DNA of 59,194 nt, filler included. It is 4 parts of 4 records of this genome, joined end to end, with 100 filler letters (N's around TTAATTAATTAA, not from the genome) between each part and the next. Parts side by side here need not be neighbours in the genome. Positions count along the whole stretch, not along the records: positions 1 to 13,393 come from SRR31147125_4331; 3 more parts are not named here. The stretch is one strand, 5' to 3'. The translations under genes and the position numbers were made by a program. Of the stretch, positions 1-10,155 are shown piece by piece. The notes below the pieces were generated by a model that saw only the letters and a program-made list of their open reading frames with translations, was not told the origin of the DNA and did no database searches. The stretch's first letter is position 1, and every line of letters starts with the position of its first letter.

Positions 1-1020
1 GCCGGAGTCTCAGGTGGTTACAGTGCCAATCTGCTTTTGGGGACAATCGACCCTTTACTGGCTGGTTTGTCAGAAGAAGCTGCTCGTATCATTACACCAG
101 GATATGAGGTCAATCCGGCATGCAACTATTATTTCATGTTTGTTTCCACATTTTTCATTGCTCTTGCCGGAACCTGGGTTACGGAAAAAATTGTCGTTCC
201 CCGTCTTGGTGAATACAAGGGGGACCAAAAACCGGAAGAATTACGAAAGCTTACAAAGGATGAAAAGAGGGGAGTATGGTATGCAACGTTTGCTGGTATT
301 CTTTTTACCGCACTCTTGTTATGGGGAGTTGTTCCTGCTGAGGGATTTTTAAGAAATCCGGAGAACGGCGGTATATTGCGTTCACCTTTTATGTCCGGAA
401 TTGTGGCCTTTATTTTTCTAGGTGCTGGCATAACCGGTATTGCCTATGGATTGGGCTCCAAAACCTTTCGAAATGATGCCGATATCATGCGGGGAATGGG
501 CAAAACCATGGAAACTCTTGGTATTTATATCGTTCTTGTATTTTTTGCCGCTCAGTTTGTTGCTTATTTTAAATGGACCAATTTAGGACTCATTTTTGCA
601 ATCAAGGGTGCCGAATTTTTAAAAGCATCCGGTTTGGGAGCGATACCCTTAATGATTTCATTTATTTTACTATCCGCGGTTATTAATCTTTTTATGGGTA
701 GTGCTTCTGCAAAATGGGCTATTATGGCTCCTGTTTTTATTCCTATGTTTATGCTCCTGGGATATACACCTGAATTGATTCAGGTGGCCTACCGTGTCGG
801 CGATAGTGTTACAAATATCATATCTCCAATGATGTCCTATTTTGCTCTCATTGTAGCCTTTTTAGAAAAATATGATAAAAATGCCGGTATCGGGACCGTT
901 ATTGCAACGATGCTGCCTTATACGATTGTTTTTTTTATTATTTGGTCCATTTTATTCAGTTTATGGTTGTTTTTGGGTTTTCCTGTCGGTCCGGATGCAC
1001 AGTTGTTTCTAAATATGTAA
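1..1020 (+). CDS. abgT: AbgT family (p-aminobenzoyl-glutamate) transporter, 5'-truncated by window edge
   Basis: Frame open from base 1 ([22 protein letters not shown]); AbgT motifs [31 protein letters not shown]; multi-TM. Confidence 0.9.
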   Translation, partial: AGVSGGYSANLLLGTIDPLLAGLSEEAARIITPGYEVNPACNYYFMFVSTFFIALAGTWVTEKIVVPRLGEYKGDQKPEELRKLTKDEKRGVWYATFAGILFTALLLWGVVPAEGFLRNPENGGILRSPFMSGIVAFIFLGAGITGIAYGLGSKTFRNDADIMRGMGKTMETLGIYIVLVFFAAQFVAYFKWTNLGLIFAIKGAEFLKASGLGAIPLMISFILLSAVINLFMGSASAKWAIMAPVFIPMFMLLGYTPELIQVAYRVGDSVTNIISPMMSYFALIVAFLEKYDKNAGIGTVIATMLPYTIVFFIIWSILFSLWLFLGFPVGPDAQLFLNM

Positions 1021-1368
1021 ATTTATTAAATTGCAGTATTGATGTATAAAGTTTTCATAAAATGCGGCTTCAACCCTGGTTATATAGCTAAAGACATTGT
1101 TATTATTAACAGCCAGTTTGTTTATTCTCCATACATTTTAAATGATAAAGAAAAACACTAGGCATTCAATTGGTAGTTATTTTTATCAAAACTAAGCAGG
1201 GGTGCAGTTAAATAATATAAAATCCATCTATTAACATAACAAAAAAGTGATTTATCACATTTGATACTTGATTTTCATCAAAAAGAAATGCACATTAAAG
1301 GTTATAATGAACTAAAAGAGAACGGATGATCCGGAAGACTCGAATCTATTCCAAGCCAGGGAGGTTTT

Positions 1369-2169
1369 TTGTTCATGGGAGAGGTAAATCACAGGCTCAA
1401 TTTTAACGAAGGCAAATATGAAACAGAGCCTCAAAAAAGATCGTGGTTTTTAAAAACGTTTCCAACATTGGGATTCTATCCTCAAATGATCAATGTTGTA
1501 CTAAAAGGAGGATCCAGAGCGAAACGTAACAATTATGATGATTCCGCATGGTGTCAATCGAGTATTGATATTTTGCATGCCCTTGAAAGTGTGGGAATAA
1601 CGGTTGAAATTACCGGATTTGAGCATGTTGAAAGGTTAAAGGGACCTTCTGTTATAATTGCTAACCATATGAGTGTATTGGAAACATTTGTCATACCAAT
1701 TTTAATTGAACCACTTCATCACATGACTTTTATTGTAAAGGATAGTTTGATCAGAACACCCGTATTCAAACATATTATGATCAGCAGAGATCCTATCGTT
1801 GTTGGTCGCTCTAATCCTCGCGAGGATCTTGTAAAGGTCATGAAGGAAGGGGTGGAGAAATTAAAAGCCGGGACCTCCATAACTGTATTTCCACAAAAAA
1901 CCCGGGCAAGTCATTTTTCTCCGGAAGAGTTTAATTCGATTGGTATTAAATTAGCTAAAAAAGCAGGCGTACCTGTTATTCCTCTGGCTCTTAAAACAGA
2001 CGCATGGGCACAGGGAGTCTGGATGAAGGACTTTGGCAAAATAGATGCAAAAAAGAAAGTTCTTTTCGCTTTTGACGATCCTATCGACATTCAGGGACGC
2101 GGAACTGAGGAACATCACCAGGTCATCGATTTTATCGGTAAAAAATTGAAAGAATGGGGAGCGTTATAA
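1369..2169 (+). CDS. Lysophospholipid / 1-acyl-sn-glycerol-3-phosphate acyltransferase (PlsC family)
   Basis: NHMSVLE block I and VFPQKTR block III; GGGAGG at 1359-1364 (start TTG 1369 or ATG 1375). Confidence 0.8.
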   Translation: MFMGEVNHRLNFNEGKYETEPQKRSWFLKTFPTLGFYPQMINVVLKGGSRAKRNNYDDSAWCQSSIDILHALESVGITVEITGFEHVERLKGPSVIIANHMSVLETFVIPILIEPLHHMTFIVKDSLIRTPVFKHIMISRDPIVVGRSNPREDLVKVMKEGVEKLKAGTSITVFPQKTRASHFSPEEFNSIGIKLAKKAGVPVIPLALKTDAWAQGVWMKDFGKIDAKKKVLFAFDDPIDIQGRGTEEHHQVIDFIGKKLKEWGAL

Positions 2170-2242
2170 TAGATTTTTTACAGCTTGATTGGGGTGATTA
2201 ATATGAGAAGATAATAATAAAATTCGTTTTTGGTGGATAATA

Positions 2243-3436
2243 ATGGTTGAAAAAGAAAAAAATAAAATTCTCGTCACATGCTCAAAAGGTTTATCACCCT
2301 TTCTGGCAGAAGAAATTCGTTTGCTCAATTTTCCTGTTCATGAAGAGAAAACTCTTGGCGTTTTTACTGAAGGATCACTTGAAGATACGATAAAGCTTAA
2401 TTTGCATATCCGCACAGGGCAACGCGTGCTTTATTTTTTAAAGGAATTTAGTGCCACATCAGCAGAGGATCTTTATAAAAATGTCGTCCGGATACCGTGG
2501 GAAAATTATCTTGAAAAAGATGGTTACTTTAGTATTACCTCGGCAATAATGAATGATTCTATCAGCGATTCCCGGTTTGCCAACATGAAATGCAAAGACG
2601 CTATTGCTGATCGTATGCGACAAGTATATGACATGCGTCCTGATTCCGGCGTTAACCGTAACAGGTCCGTTTTTTATTTGTACTGGAAAGATGATGAATG
2701 TTCCATTTTCCTCGATACATCCGGAGAACCTCTTTCAAGACGGGGTTATCGTAAAATTCCTTTTAAAGCTCCTATGCAGGAAACACTGGCTGCAGCAGTC
2801 ATTTTAGCCAGTAAATGGAAAAATGGTGAAGATTTTATTAATCCAATGTGCGGTAGCGGAACGCTTGCTATTGAAGCTGCTTTGATCGGTTTGAATAAAG
2901 CTCCCGGTCTTTTAAGGAATAATTTTGGCTTTATGCACATAAAAAATTTTAACAGAAAAGCGTACAAATTATGTCGGCTGAGTGCCAAAACCGCCACAAA
3001 GAAAAAATTGGATAGTAATATCATTGCAACTGATATTGATCCTCAAGCTGTACAGGCAACTCTAAGCAATGCAAAGACAGCTGGTGTGGATCAGTTCATT
3101 GAGACAGGAGTGGGTGATTTTACTAAAACGCCAGTACCTGACCGACCGGGTGTCATTGTATTGAATCCGGAATATGGTATGAGATTGGGGGAGATTAAAG
3201 CACTTGAAGGCACATATCAAAAAATTGGTGATTTTTTCAAACAGGAATGTGCTGGTTATCGGGGCTATATTTTTACAGGCAATTTAAAATTAGCGAAAAG
3301 GGTGGGGCTCAAAACAAAGCGCCGAATTATTTTTTACAATAGCCAGATAGAATGTCGGTTACTTGAATATGAATTATACAGCGGCACGAAAAAAATGAAA
3401 TATAATGATCAGTTTTCCTCAAATTCAGATTCATGA
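2243..3436 (+). CDS. THUMP-domain class I SAM-dependent RNA methyltransferase (RlmL-like)
   Basis: DTSGEPLSRRGYR, APMQETLAAA, NPMCGSGT, NPEYG motifs. Confidence 0.88.
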   Translation: MVEKEKNKILVTCSKGLSPFLAEEIRLLNFPVHEEKTLGVFTEGSLEDTIKLNLHIRTGQRVLYFLKEFSATSAEDLYKNVVRIPWENYLEKDGYFSITSAIMNDSISDSRFANMKCKDAIADRMRQVYDMRPDSGVNRNRSVFYLYWKDDECSIFLDTSGEPLSRRGYRKIPFKAPMQETLAAAVILASKWKNGEDFINPMCGSGTLAIEAALIGLNKAPGLLRNNFGFMHIKNFNRKAYKLCRLSAKTATKKKLDSNIIATDIDPQAVQATLSNAKTAGVDQFIETGVGDFTKTPVPDRPGVIVLNPEYGMRLGEIKALEGTYQKIGDFFKQECAGYRGYIFTGNLKLAKRVGLKTKRRIIFYNSQIECRLLEYELYSGTKKMKYNDQFSSNSDS

Positions 3437-3516
3437 TATAAAGTTCGATGAATTTGTAATGTCCTTTTAGATACGACACAAAATTCAGTCCACATCCATT
3501 TCAGAGTACCCTATCG

Positions 3517-4266
3517 ATGAACGATATTTTAACGAGTATTTTACTTTTTGGTGTAGGATCTCTGGCCGGATTTATAAATGTCATGGCCGGAGGCGGATCC
3601 TCGATAACTTTACCTATCCTTATATTTCTGGGACTCGAAAGTTCCCTGGCGAATGGAACGAACCGAGTCGCTATTATGATTCAAAACCTGGTAGCTGTTT
3701 TATCTTTCAGACAGGAAAAGTTTTCCGAATTTAAAACCAGTTTTCTTTTAGCTGCCTTTACTTTACCAGGTGGCATTTTAGGTGCGATGGTTGCGGTTCG
3801 AATTAATAATGAGCTTTTTCAAAAAATCCTGGCAGTGGTATTAATTGGGATTCTTGTTACGGTTATTTTACCAAGGTCTCAAAATACTGACAAACTAAAA
3901 AATCATGTTATCAAATTCTGGTTTATTTATCCTGCCATGTTTTTAATCGGATTTTATGGAGGTTTTATTCAGGTTGGAGTCGGTTTTATATTAATGGCAG
4001 CCATGACGCATTTACTTAATCTTGATCTTGTGCGCGTAAATATGCACAAGGTATTTATAGTTTTTATTTATACAATTCCTGCCATGTTGATTTTCGCTTT
4101 TACAGGTAATGTAAACTGGTTTTATGGTCTCTCTCTTGCGGCTGGTAATGCATTTGGTGCCTGGTGGTCTGCGAAAATTGCCGTAAAAAGGGGAGAAAAG
4201 GTTGTTCGCGTTATTTTGATTATTGCGATGATATTTATGTCCATTAAATTGTTTAATCTGTTTTAG
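3517..4266 (+). CDS. TauE/SafE family (sulfite exporter-like) membrane protein
   Basis: AGGGSSITLP, ANGTNRV, GFYGGFIQVGVG; 249 aa, hydrophobic. Confidence 0.88.
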   Translation: MNDILTSILLFGVGSLAGFINVMAGGGSSITLPILIFLGLESSLANGTNRVAIMIQNLVAVLSFRQEKFSEFKTSFLLAAFTLPGGILGAMVAVRINNELFQKILAVVLIGILVTVILPRSQNTDKLKNHVIKFWFIYPAMFLIGFYGGFIQVGVGFILMAAMTHLLNLDLVRVNMHKVFIVFIYTIPAMLIFAFTGNVNWFYGLSLAAGNAFGAWWSAKIAVKRGEKVVRVILIIAMIFMSIKLFNLF

Positions 4267-4437
4267 AGGACCTTTCGCAAAACTTGTCACATTTCGCAAA
4301 TGGCTGGAAATAATTTAATAAATTATTGAATAGGGGCCCACTTCCTTGCGTTTTCATAAGTATTAGAAAAAAATCATATTCAGCATTTGAGATAATTCGT
4401 ATTCATTTTTGCTACGAATCACATCAAAGGGGATGAC

Positions 4438-6135
4438 ATGAAAAGTTGTATAATTCTTTTTATCTGTCTTTTCATCGCAGTACCTGGTTCCGCTGAAAAT
4501 TATTTGATTAATGGAGGCCAGGAATCTCAAATAAGTTACGAAATGGTACAAAAGATAGAGCCTGCTAAAGGTACAAAGAAATTAACACTGAGTTATGTCA
4601 TACCGGAATCCTTTAATTCTCCAACCTTTAAGCAAAAAGTCTCGCAATTTCAGATTCGTTTTTCCAAAGAGCCTAACGATAAAAAAGAAGAAAGAGATAA
4701 AAGAGGTAACAAAATTATCAGAGCGATTTGGAAAAAGCCTACCGGGACAGTCGCGACAACGATAAATATGTCTGTTTTGAACAGCACGGAATTAGTTGAA
4801 CTATCAACAACGACTGCATTTCCTTTAAAAAAACAACCCAAAGATGTATCTGCATATCTACGCAATACAGAACAAGTGCCCTCAAAAGACAAACAAATTC
4901 TGGCTAAAGCCAGGCAACTCACAGCACACTCTAAAACAGAATTCGATGCTGTGCAACAAATTTTGACCTGGGTTGTCGATCACATGAAATATGTGCTCTT
5001 ACCCAAAAGCTATGACGCCATGTATTCGTTTCAAACCGGAAAAGGTAACTGTCAGAATTATTCTCATTTGGCTGCTGCTTTAATGCGTGCCGTTGGTATA
5101 CCCACTCGAATTGTGAATGGCATGACACTGAAACAGCCTTATGATATAAAAACATCAGCAGGTGTTATTACGATGAAAATGGCACAGGGTCGTCATTCGT
5201 GGATAGAAGTGTACTTTCCGGATCTGGGATGGGTTCCCTTTGATCCACAACAAACCGAGCTGTTTGTCAGCAATCGATTTGTACGGGTTGAGGTAGGTCT
5301 GGATAATAATGAAACAAAAAATGATGGTTTGGTACGCTGGACCGAAAGTCGTGGTGCGGGCGGGATGCCCAAATTCGCAGAAAATATTGAAGCTTCTTTT
5401 ATAAATGACAATGTGAGATTAAAAGCTGAGAAACAGAATTATGGGCCTGAAGGCATATTGTTTTGCCCTAAAGTAACGGCATCATTTACAAAACAGGCGT
5501 TAAAAAAGCCTCCGCCACCACCTCCGAAAGTACCACCCAAAAAATTAAAAACGTTAAAATATACAGTTCCCATTATGTTTGGTAATTTAGAATTTCCACA
5601 AAATATTGACTTTCTCGCCGCGCGTGGACCTGCACAAAAAATAACGGGCGATGAATTGGAGATGAGAAAGAATTTTCTTGTCGAAACAGCCGAGTATGTC
5701 ACGACTCAGGGAAAACAATATGCCCAAACGTTTATGGTTGAAAAACCAATGAGATTAAGCAGGGCAGGATTGGCTTTGCATAACTTTGGTGGTACAGGCC
5801 AGTTGTGGCTGGAACTCTTTAATGACAATGGCCAGGGAATGCCTGGTAATGCTATTTCAACAAGTGATTTGTTGCAGACAAATCAGATTCAATTTAGCCA
5901 GGGATATGCCTGGGTTGATTTTGAATTTGGTAATGAAAACCCGCTTTTACTTCCCGGTCGTTATTGGATTGCTTTTGGATTTACAGGCAGTCCAATCGTT
6001 AACTGGTTTTTTACTTATGGAAAACCTGTTGGCCCGGCTGATGGCACCCGCTATAAAACCCTGTTCGATGAAACGTGGAGTCGAAGCCTGGCCTTTGAAT
6101 TTAACTACCGGGTTATTGGAATGGCTGCCGAGTAG
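4438..6135 (+). CDS. Secreted transglutaminase-like (Cys-His-Asp) domain protein
   Basis: Signal peptide; GNCQNYS, HSWIEVY, GWVPFDP triad motifs; KKPPPPPPKVPPKK linker; extra C-terminal domain. Confidence 0.82.
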   Translation: MKSCIILFICLFIAVPGSAENYLINGGQESQISYEMVQKIEPAKGTKKLTLSYVIPESFNSPTFKQKVSQFQIRFSKEPNDKKEERDKRGNKIIRAIWKKPTGTVATTINMSVLNSTELVELSTTTAFPLKKQPKDVSAYLRNTEQVPSKDKQILAKARQLTAHSKTEFDAVQQILTWVVDHMKYVLLPKSYDAMYSFQTGKGNCQNYSHLAAALMRAVGIPTRIVNGMTLKQPYDIKTSAGVITMKMAQGRHSWIEVYFPDLGWVPFDPQQTELFVSNRFVRVEVGLDNNETKNDGLVRWTESRGAGGMPKFAENIEASFINDNVRLKAEKQNYGPEGILFCPKVTASFTKQALKKPPPPPPKVPPKKLKTLKYTVPIMFGNLEFPQNIDFLAARGPAQKITGDELEMRKNFLVETAEYVTTQGKQYAQTFMVEKPMRLSRAGLALHNFGGTGQLWLELFNDNGQGMPGNAISTSDLLQTNQIQFSQGYAWVDFEFGNENPLLLPGRYWIAFGFTGSPIVNWFFTYGKPVGPADGTRYKTLFDETWSRSLAFEFNYRVIGMAAE

Positions 6136-6203
6136 GATATCTTAAACAAAATCTGTATATGTCTCATTGATATATTGAAATCCAAATAAAAACGGTCCTC
6201 GTA

Positions 6204-7412
6204 TTATCCCAATGTCTCATGTACTATTTCAAAATAGTCTGAAACAAGTCGTGTTATAAGAAATTTCTCACGAACGGTTTCTTTAGCCTTTTTACCTATT
6301 TCTTTTGATTCTTTGGGATGTTTTAAAATATCTATTATTTTGTTAGCAAAAGCATCTTCGTCATTTGGATCGATTAAAAATCCTGATTCGCCATCCTTAA
6401 TCTGCAGAGGAATACCGCCAACATTGGAAGCGACAACAGGTGTTTCTTTCCATAATGCCTCGGTTACTGTAAGACCAAATCCCTCACGTATAGATTTCTG
6501 TATAATTACGGATGATACTCTTTGTAAAGCATTCACCAGAATATTATTTTCAGATGTGATTAAAATGATATCTCCTTTTTCTACCATATGATTTGCTTTG
6601 CTCTTTACCTTTTCATAAATTTGAATACCCTCCGGATCGTCAGAGGCCATACTGCCACACAGGACGAGCCGGCAGTCTATTACCTCTTTGACCTTTTTAA
6701 AGACTTCAGCCACGCCAAGAGGATCTTTCCATTTGTCAAAACGGGAGATTTGTGTTAACAATGGTTTGTCTGTCGGGACGCCAAACTTTTTAAGGTATTT
6801 TGAAATATCCCGTTCCCGAAGGTCCATATTTTTAGGGGTTAAAGGATCGATGACCGGTTGATATATTTTTTGTTCAATAGGTAAATCCTTTTTCTGATAT
6901 TTTTCGCTTGAAACAATGACTTTATCGTATCGCAGGATAAATCCTTTTAAAAATTCCCACAGATCCGGATTAGGATGGGACAAGTCTATGTGACATCTCC
7001 ATACCCAGGGTTGTTTCTTTTTATAAAACTGAATGAGAGGAAGTGGTTGAGGATCATGAATGATGACACAATCATGATCCAGTAGCGCGTAAGCGGAAAA
7101 ATCTTCATTTGCCTGAATATAGAGTTTTTTCTTAATCTCAGTCAGATTTATGGAATCCCCTTGCAAAGCGTTATGAAATTTTTTTGTGATAGTAAATAAA
7201 TCCGGATTGCCTCGAATTATTCTCCAATCTGTATCTACTCCGGCATCGTTCATTAAGGGTGCAAGACTATTCAGTATTTCTGCAACACCACCGCCTGCAT
7301 AAGTAGAGTTGATATTCATAATTCGTTTACCATATAATTTCCGGGCTTTTTGGTATATCTCATGGATAACCTTATCGCCAACAATAGGCCTGTAATCATG
7401 TAATCGTTTCAT
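6204..7412 (-). CDS. treT: Trehalose glycosyltransferring synthase TreT (GT4)
   Basis: NSTYAGGGVAEIL, TKKFHNALQG, IHDPQP, WRCHID, QISRFDKWKDP, EGFGLTVTEA motifs. Confidence 0.88.
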   Translation of the reverse strand: MKRLHDYRPIVGDKVIHEIYQKARKLYGKRIMNINSTYAGGGVAEILNSLAPLMNDAGVDTDWRIIRGNPDLFTITKKFHNALQGDSINLTEIKKKLYIQANEDFSAYALLDHDCVIIHDPQPLPLIQFYKKKQPWVWRCHIDLSHPNPDLWEFLKGFILRYDKVIVSSEKYQKKDLPIEQKIYQPVIDPLTPKNMDLRERDISKYLKKFGVPTDKPLLTQISRFDKWKDPLGVAEVFKKVKEVIDCRLVLCGSMASDDPEGIQIYEKVKSKANHMVEKGDIILITSENNILVNALQRVSSVIIQKSIREGFGLTVTEALWKETPVVASNVGGIPLQIKDGESGFLIDPNDEDAFANKIIDILKHPKESKEIGKKAKETVREKFLITRLVSDYFEIVHETLG

Positions 7413-9593
7413 TAACGATCCTTTCAGTTAACTCGTTTAAAAGTGTTCTAACTTCTTTATATGATTTTAATTTGTGTTTTGCAGCTGATTGAGCAAAACC
7501 GACTTTAATGGAATAAGCGGTATCCGGCAATACTTTAAAAATATCTTCATCTGTCCAGTCATCTCCAACAGCGAGAATAAAGTCCCAATCTTCTTCAACA
7601 AAGTAACGAAGTGCCGCTCGTCCCTTGTTAATGCCGGCATTTTTGACCTCCACAACCTTACTACCTTCCAGTACCTGGAGATCAAGATTTGAGGTCAGGT
7701 AACCAAGTGTATTGGCTAATTCACGCGCGCGAATTTCTCCTAATCCAACGTCTGCTTTTCGGTAATGCCAAACAAGGGAGAATTCCTTGGTTTCAATAAA
7801 GGAACCAGGAGTACGATCCACATATAGCTCAAAAATACTTTTAATTTCATCCCGCCAGCTTTGAGATAACGGTTCTATTGTATCCCATTCCATCCCTTTT
7901 TCCCGGATCCACGCACCATGTTCCGCAATTAATGTCATATTCAGATGGCCAAACCATTCCTCTAATGAATTTTTTCCGCGTCCGCTTACCAGTATGATTT
8001 CATTTCCTGGCGAGTCTAACATCTTTTTGATTAATGTTAAAAGATCATTATCCGGTTTTGCTTTTTCCGGAGTTTTGGTGAATGGAACAAGTGTACCATC
8101 ATAATCCAAAAAAATGAGGCGTCGCTCACTCTTTTGGTAGTGCTTGATAAGGTGTTGACGTGTGCTGGCATCCAGTCTTGTGGTCATCATCCGATGTTGC
8201 TGTTCTTTTGTCTGTTTCAGGCGATCCATAAAATCCTCGCTCCAGCGGTGGACATTATATCGTGACAGTTTTTCCTGCATCTCCCGGTTACGTTTGATCT
8301 GGTCCTCTTCAGGCATTGTTAAGGCTTGTTTGATAGCAGATGCAATTTCTTCCACATTATTGGGATTAATAAGAATCGCTTCACCTAATTCATCTGCAGA
8401 TCCGGCCATTTCACTTAATATTAATACGCCTTTACCATCCGCTTTACTTGCTATGTACTCTTTGGCGACAAGGTTCATGCCGTCTCTAAAAGGTGTGACC
8501 AAAGCTACATCCGAGATATTATAAAGTGCCGATATGGCGGGAAAAGGAAGAGATCGATAAAAATACCAAATAGGAGTCCAGCCAATTGTGCCATGTTCAC
8601 CATTAATCCGACCGACCAGCTCATCGACCTGGTGTTTTAGTCGTTTATAAGTTTCAACCCTGGAACGGGATGGGACAACAAGTAAAATCAGGGTTATTTT
8701 TTCTGATAATTCAGGATTTTGTTCGAGAAATAAATGAAATCCTTCCAGCCTTTGTAACAGCCCTTTGGAATAATCGAGACGATCTATAGATAAAACGATT
8801 TTACAATTGGTCGTTTTCTTTTTAAATTTTGTGATCTCTTTTTTAACATCCTTTTCATTAAAAGCATCGGCGTATTTATTATAATTGATTCCCATAGGAA
8901 AGGAATCCACTCTTATGATGCGATCTTCATAGGTAATATTGGCGAACTGATGCTCAACACCAATGAGTCGGGTCGCAGCACTGAGAAAGTGACGAGCATA
9001 ATCATAGGTGTGAAATCCGACAACATCAGAACCGAGTAGACCCAGCATTAATTCCCGTCGCCATGGGAGCATGCGAAAAATTTCAAAGGAAGGAAAGGGA
9101 ATGTGAAGGAAAAATCCGATGGATATTGTGGGGATTTTCTCCCGAATCATCCCGGGTAAAAGCATCAAGTGATAGTCATGTACCCAGATAATATCGTCCG
9201 GACCAGCGATTTTTATAATTTCGTCACAAAATTCTTTGTTAACCTTTTTATAGGTTGCCCAGTAATTTTTATTATAGACTGTATATTGTGTAAAATAATG
9301 AAAAAGAGGCCATATGGTTTTATTGCTAAATCCTTCATAATATTTTTCAATATCATCCTTTGTCAAATAAACAGGATACATGTTGTCTTTTTCCAGTTTG
9401 TCTTGAACTTTTTTTCTTCATCTTTATTTATTGAAGAAATCCCTGGCCAGCCTACCCACACACTTTTATATGACTTGTAGAGAGAACCCAGGCCTGTAGA
9501 TAATCCACCTGGACTTGAGTGGAAATTCAAGACACCTCTTCTTTTTGTAATGCTGACAGGTAATCTATTTGACACGATAAAAAGCTTTTGCAT
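7396..9593 (-). CDS. Bifunctional trehalose-6-phosphate synthase/phosphatase (OtsA-OtsB fusion), split by a 1-nt frameshift at 9409-9415
   Basis: ORF 9363-9593 has the GT20 N-terminus (IVSNRLP, GGL, WVGWPG). ORF 7396-9381 continues (HDYHL, DRLDYSKG, RDGMNLVAKEY) with a HAD domain (LDYDGTL, GDDWTDED). One extra A in the A7 run joins them (EEKKVQDKLEKDNMYPV). Confidence 0.9.
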
Positions 9594-9933
9594 AATAATT
9601 TATTAATCTCGTTTTAATTTTGATTTGCAAACTATTATCAACATATGTTAACGCTTGAGAACAACTGTTACCATTTATTTTCACCGTTTCGTCTACTAAA
9701 ACAAGTCGAGTTAATATCGATTTTAATAATGATGATATTTCGTTGGACCCCCAATCTGCACCCATTCGAAGCATTATTAATTTCGTGCTACTAATGTAAA
9801 CTGAAAATCACGACTGATTATTTCTGCTTTAATTATATTAGAGAGAGTGAGGTGCTCAATTATCCACAGTCCTTTTGATAATGAACCAGTCTTTAAACCG
9901 TCCAAAATCTGATTTAATTTCACTGAAAAAATC

Positions 9934-9961
9934 TTGACATTCTCTCAAAACTTGTTAATTT
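9934..9961 (+). promoter_or_regulatory. Sigma70-type promoter for the MFS gene
   Basis: TTGACA (9934-9939), 16 nt, TGn-extended TAATTT (9956-9961). Confidence 0.5.
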
Positions 9962-10155
9962 ATAAATGATTAGTTTTAACCTTTCAGGTTGGTCTATTCT
10001 GAAATAACGTGTTTCCTACCAATTATCCGGATACAAGCAGTCAAAACCTGTTTTGATTGAAATACCGGATGTTGGCTATTCCACTAAATTTTGTCCAACT
10101 TTGCCCAATCTAACTATATTAATTGTTTCAGGAAATTTTATAAGGGAGGTCTATT

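Noticed and set aside
1247..1258. GTGATTTATCAC palindrome upstream of the acyltransferase
   Set aside because: Spacing fits neither CRP nor Rex consensus, and such short palindromes are expected in AT-rich DNA.
4266..4300. GAGGACCTTTCGCAAAACT and repeated TTTCGCAAA resembling an IS end
   Set aside because: No partner inverted repeat, target duplication or transposase nearby.
9565..9774. 69-aa ORF upstream of TPS/TPP
   Set aside because: No RBS or recognisable motif; lies in the divergent promoter region.
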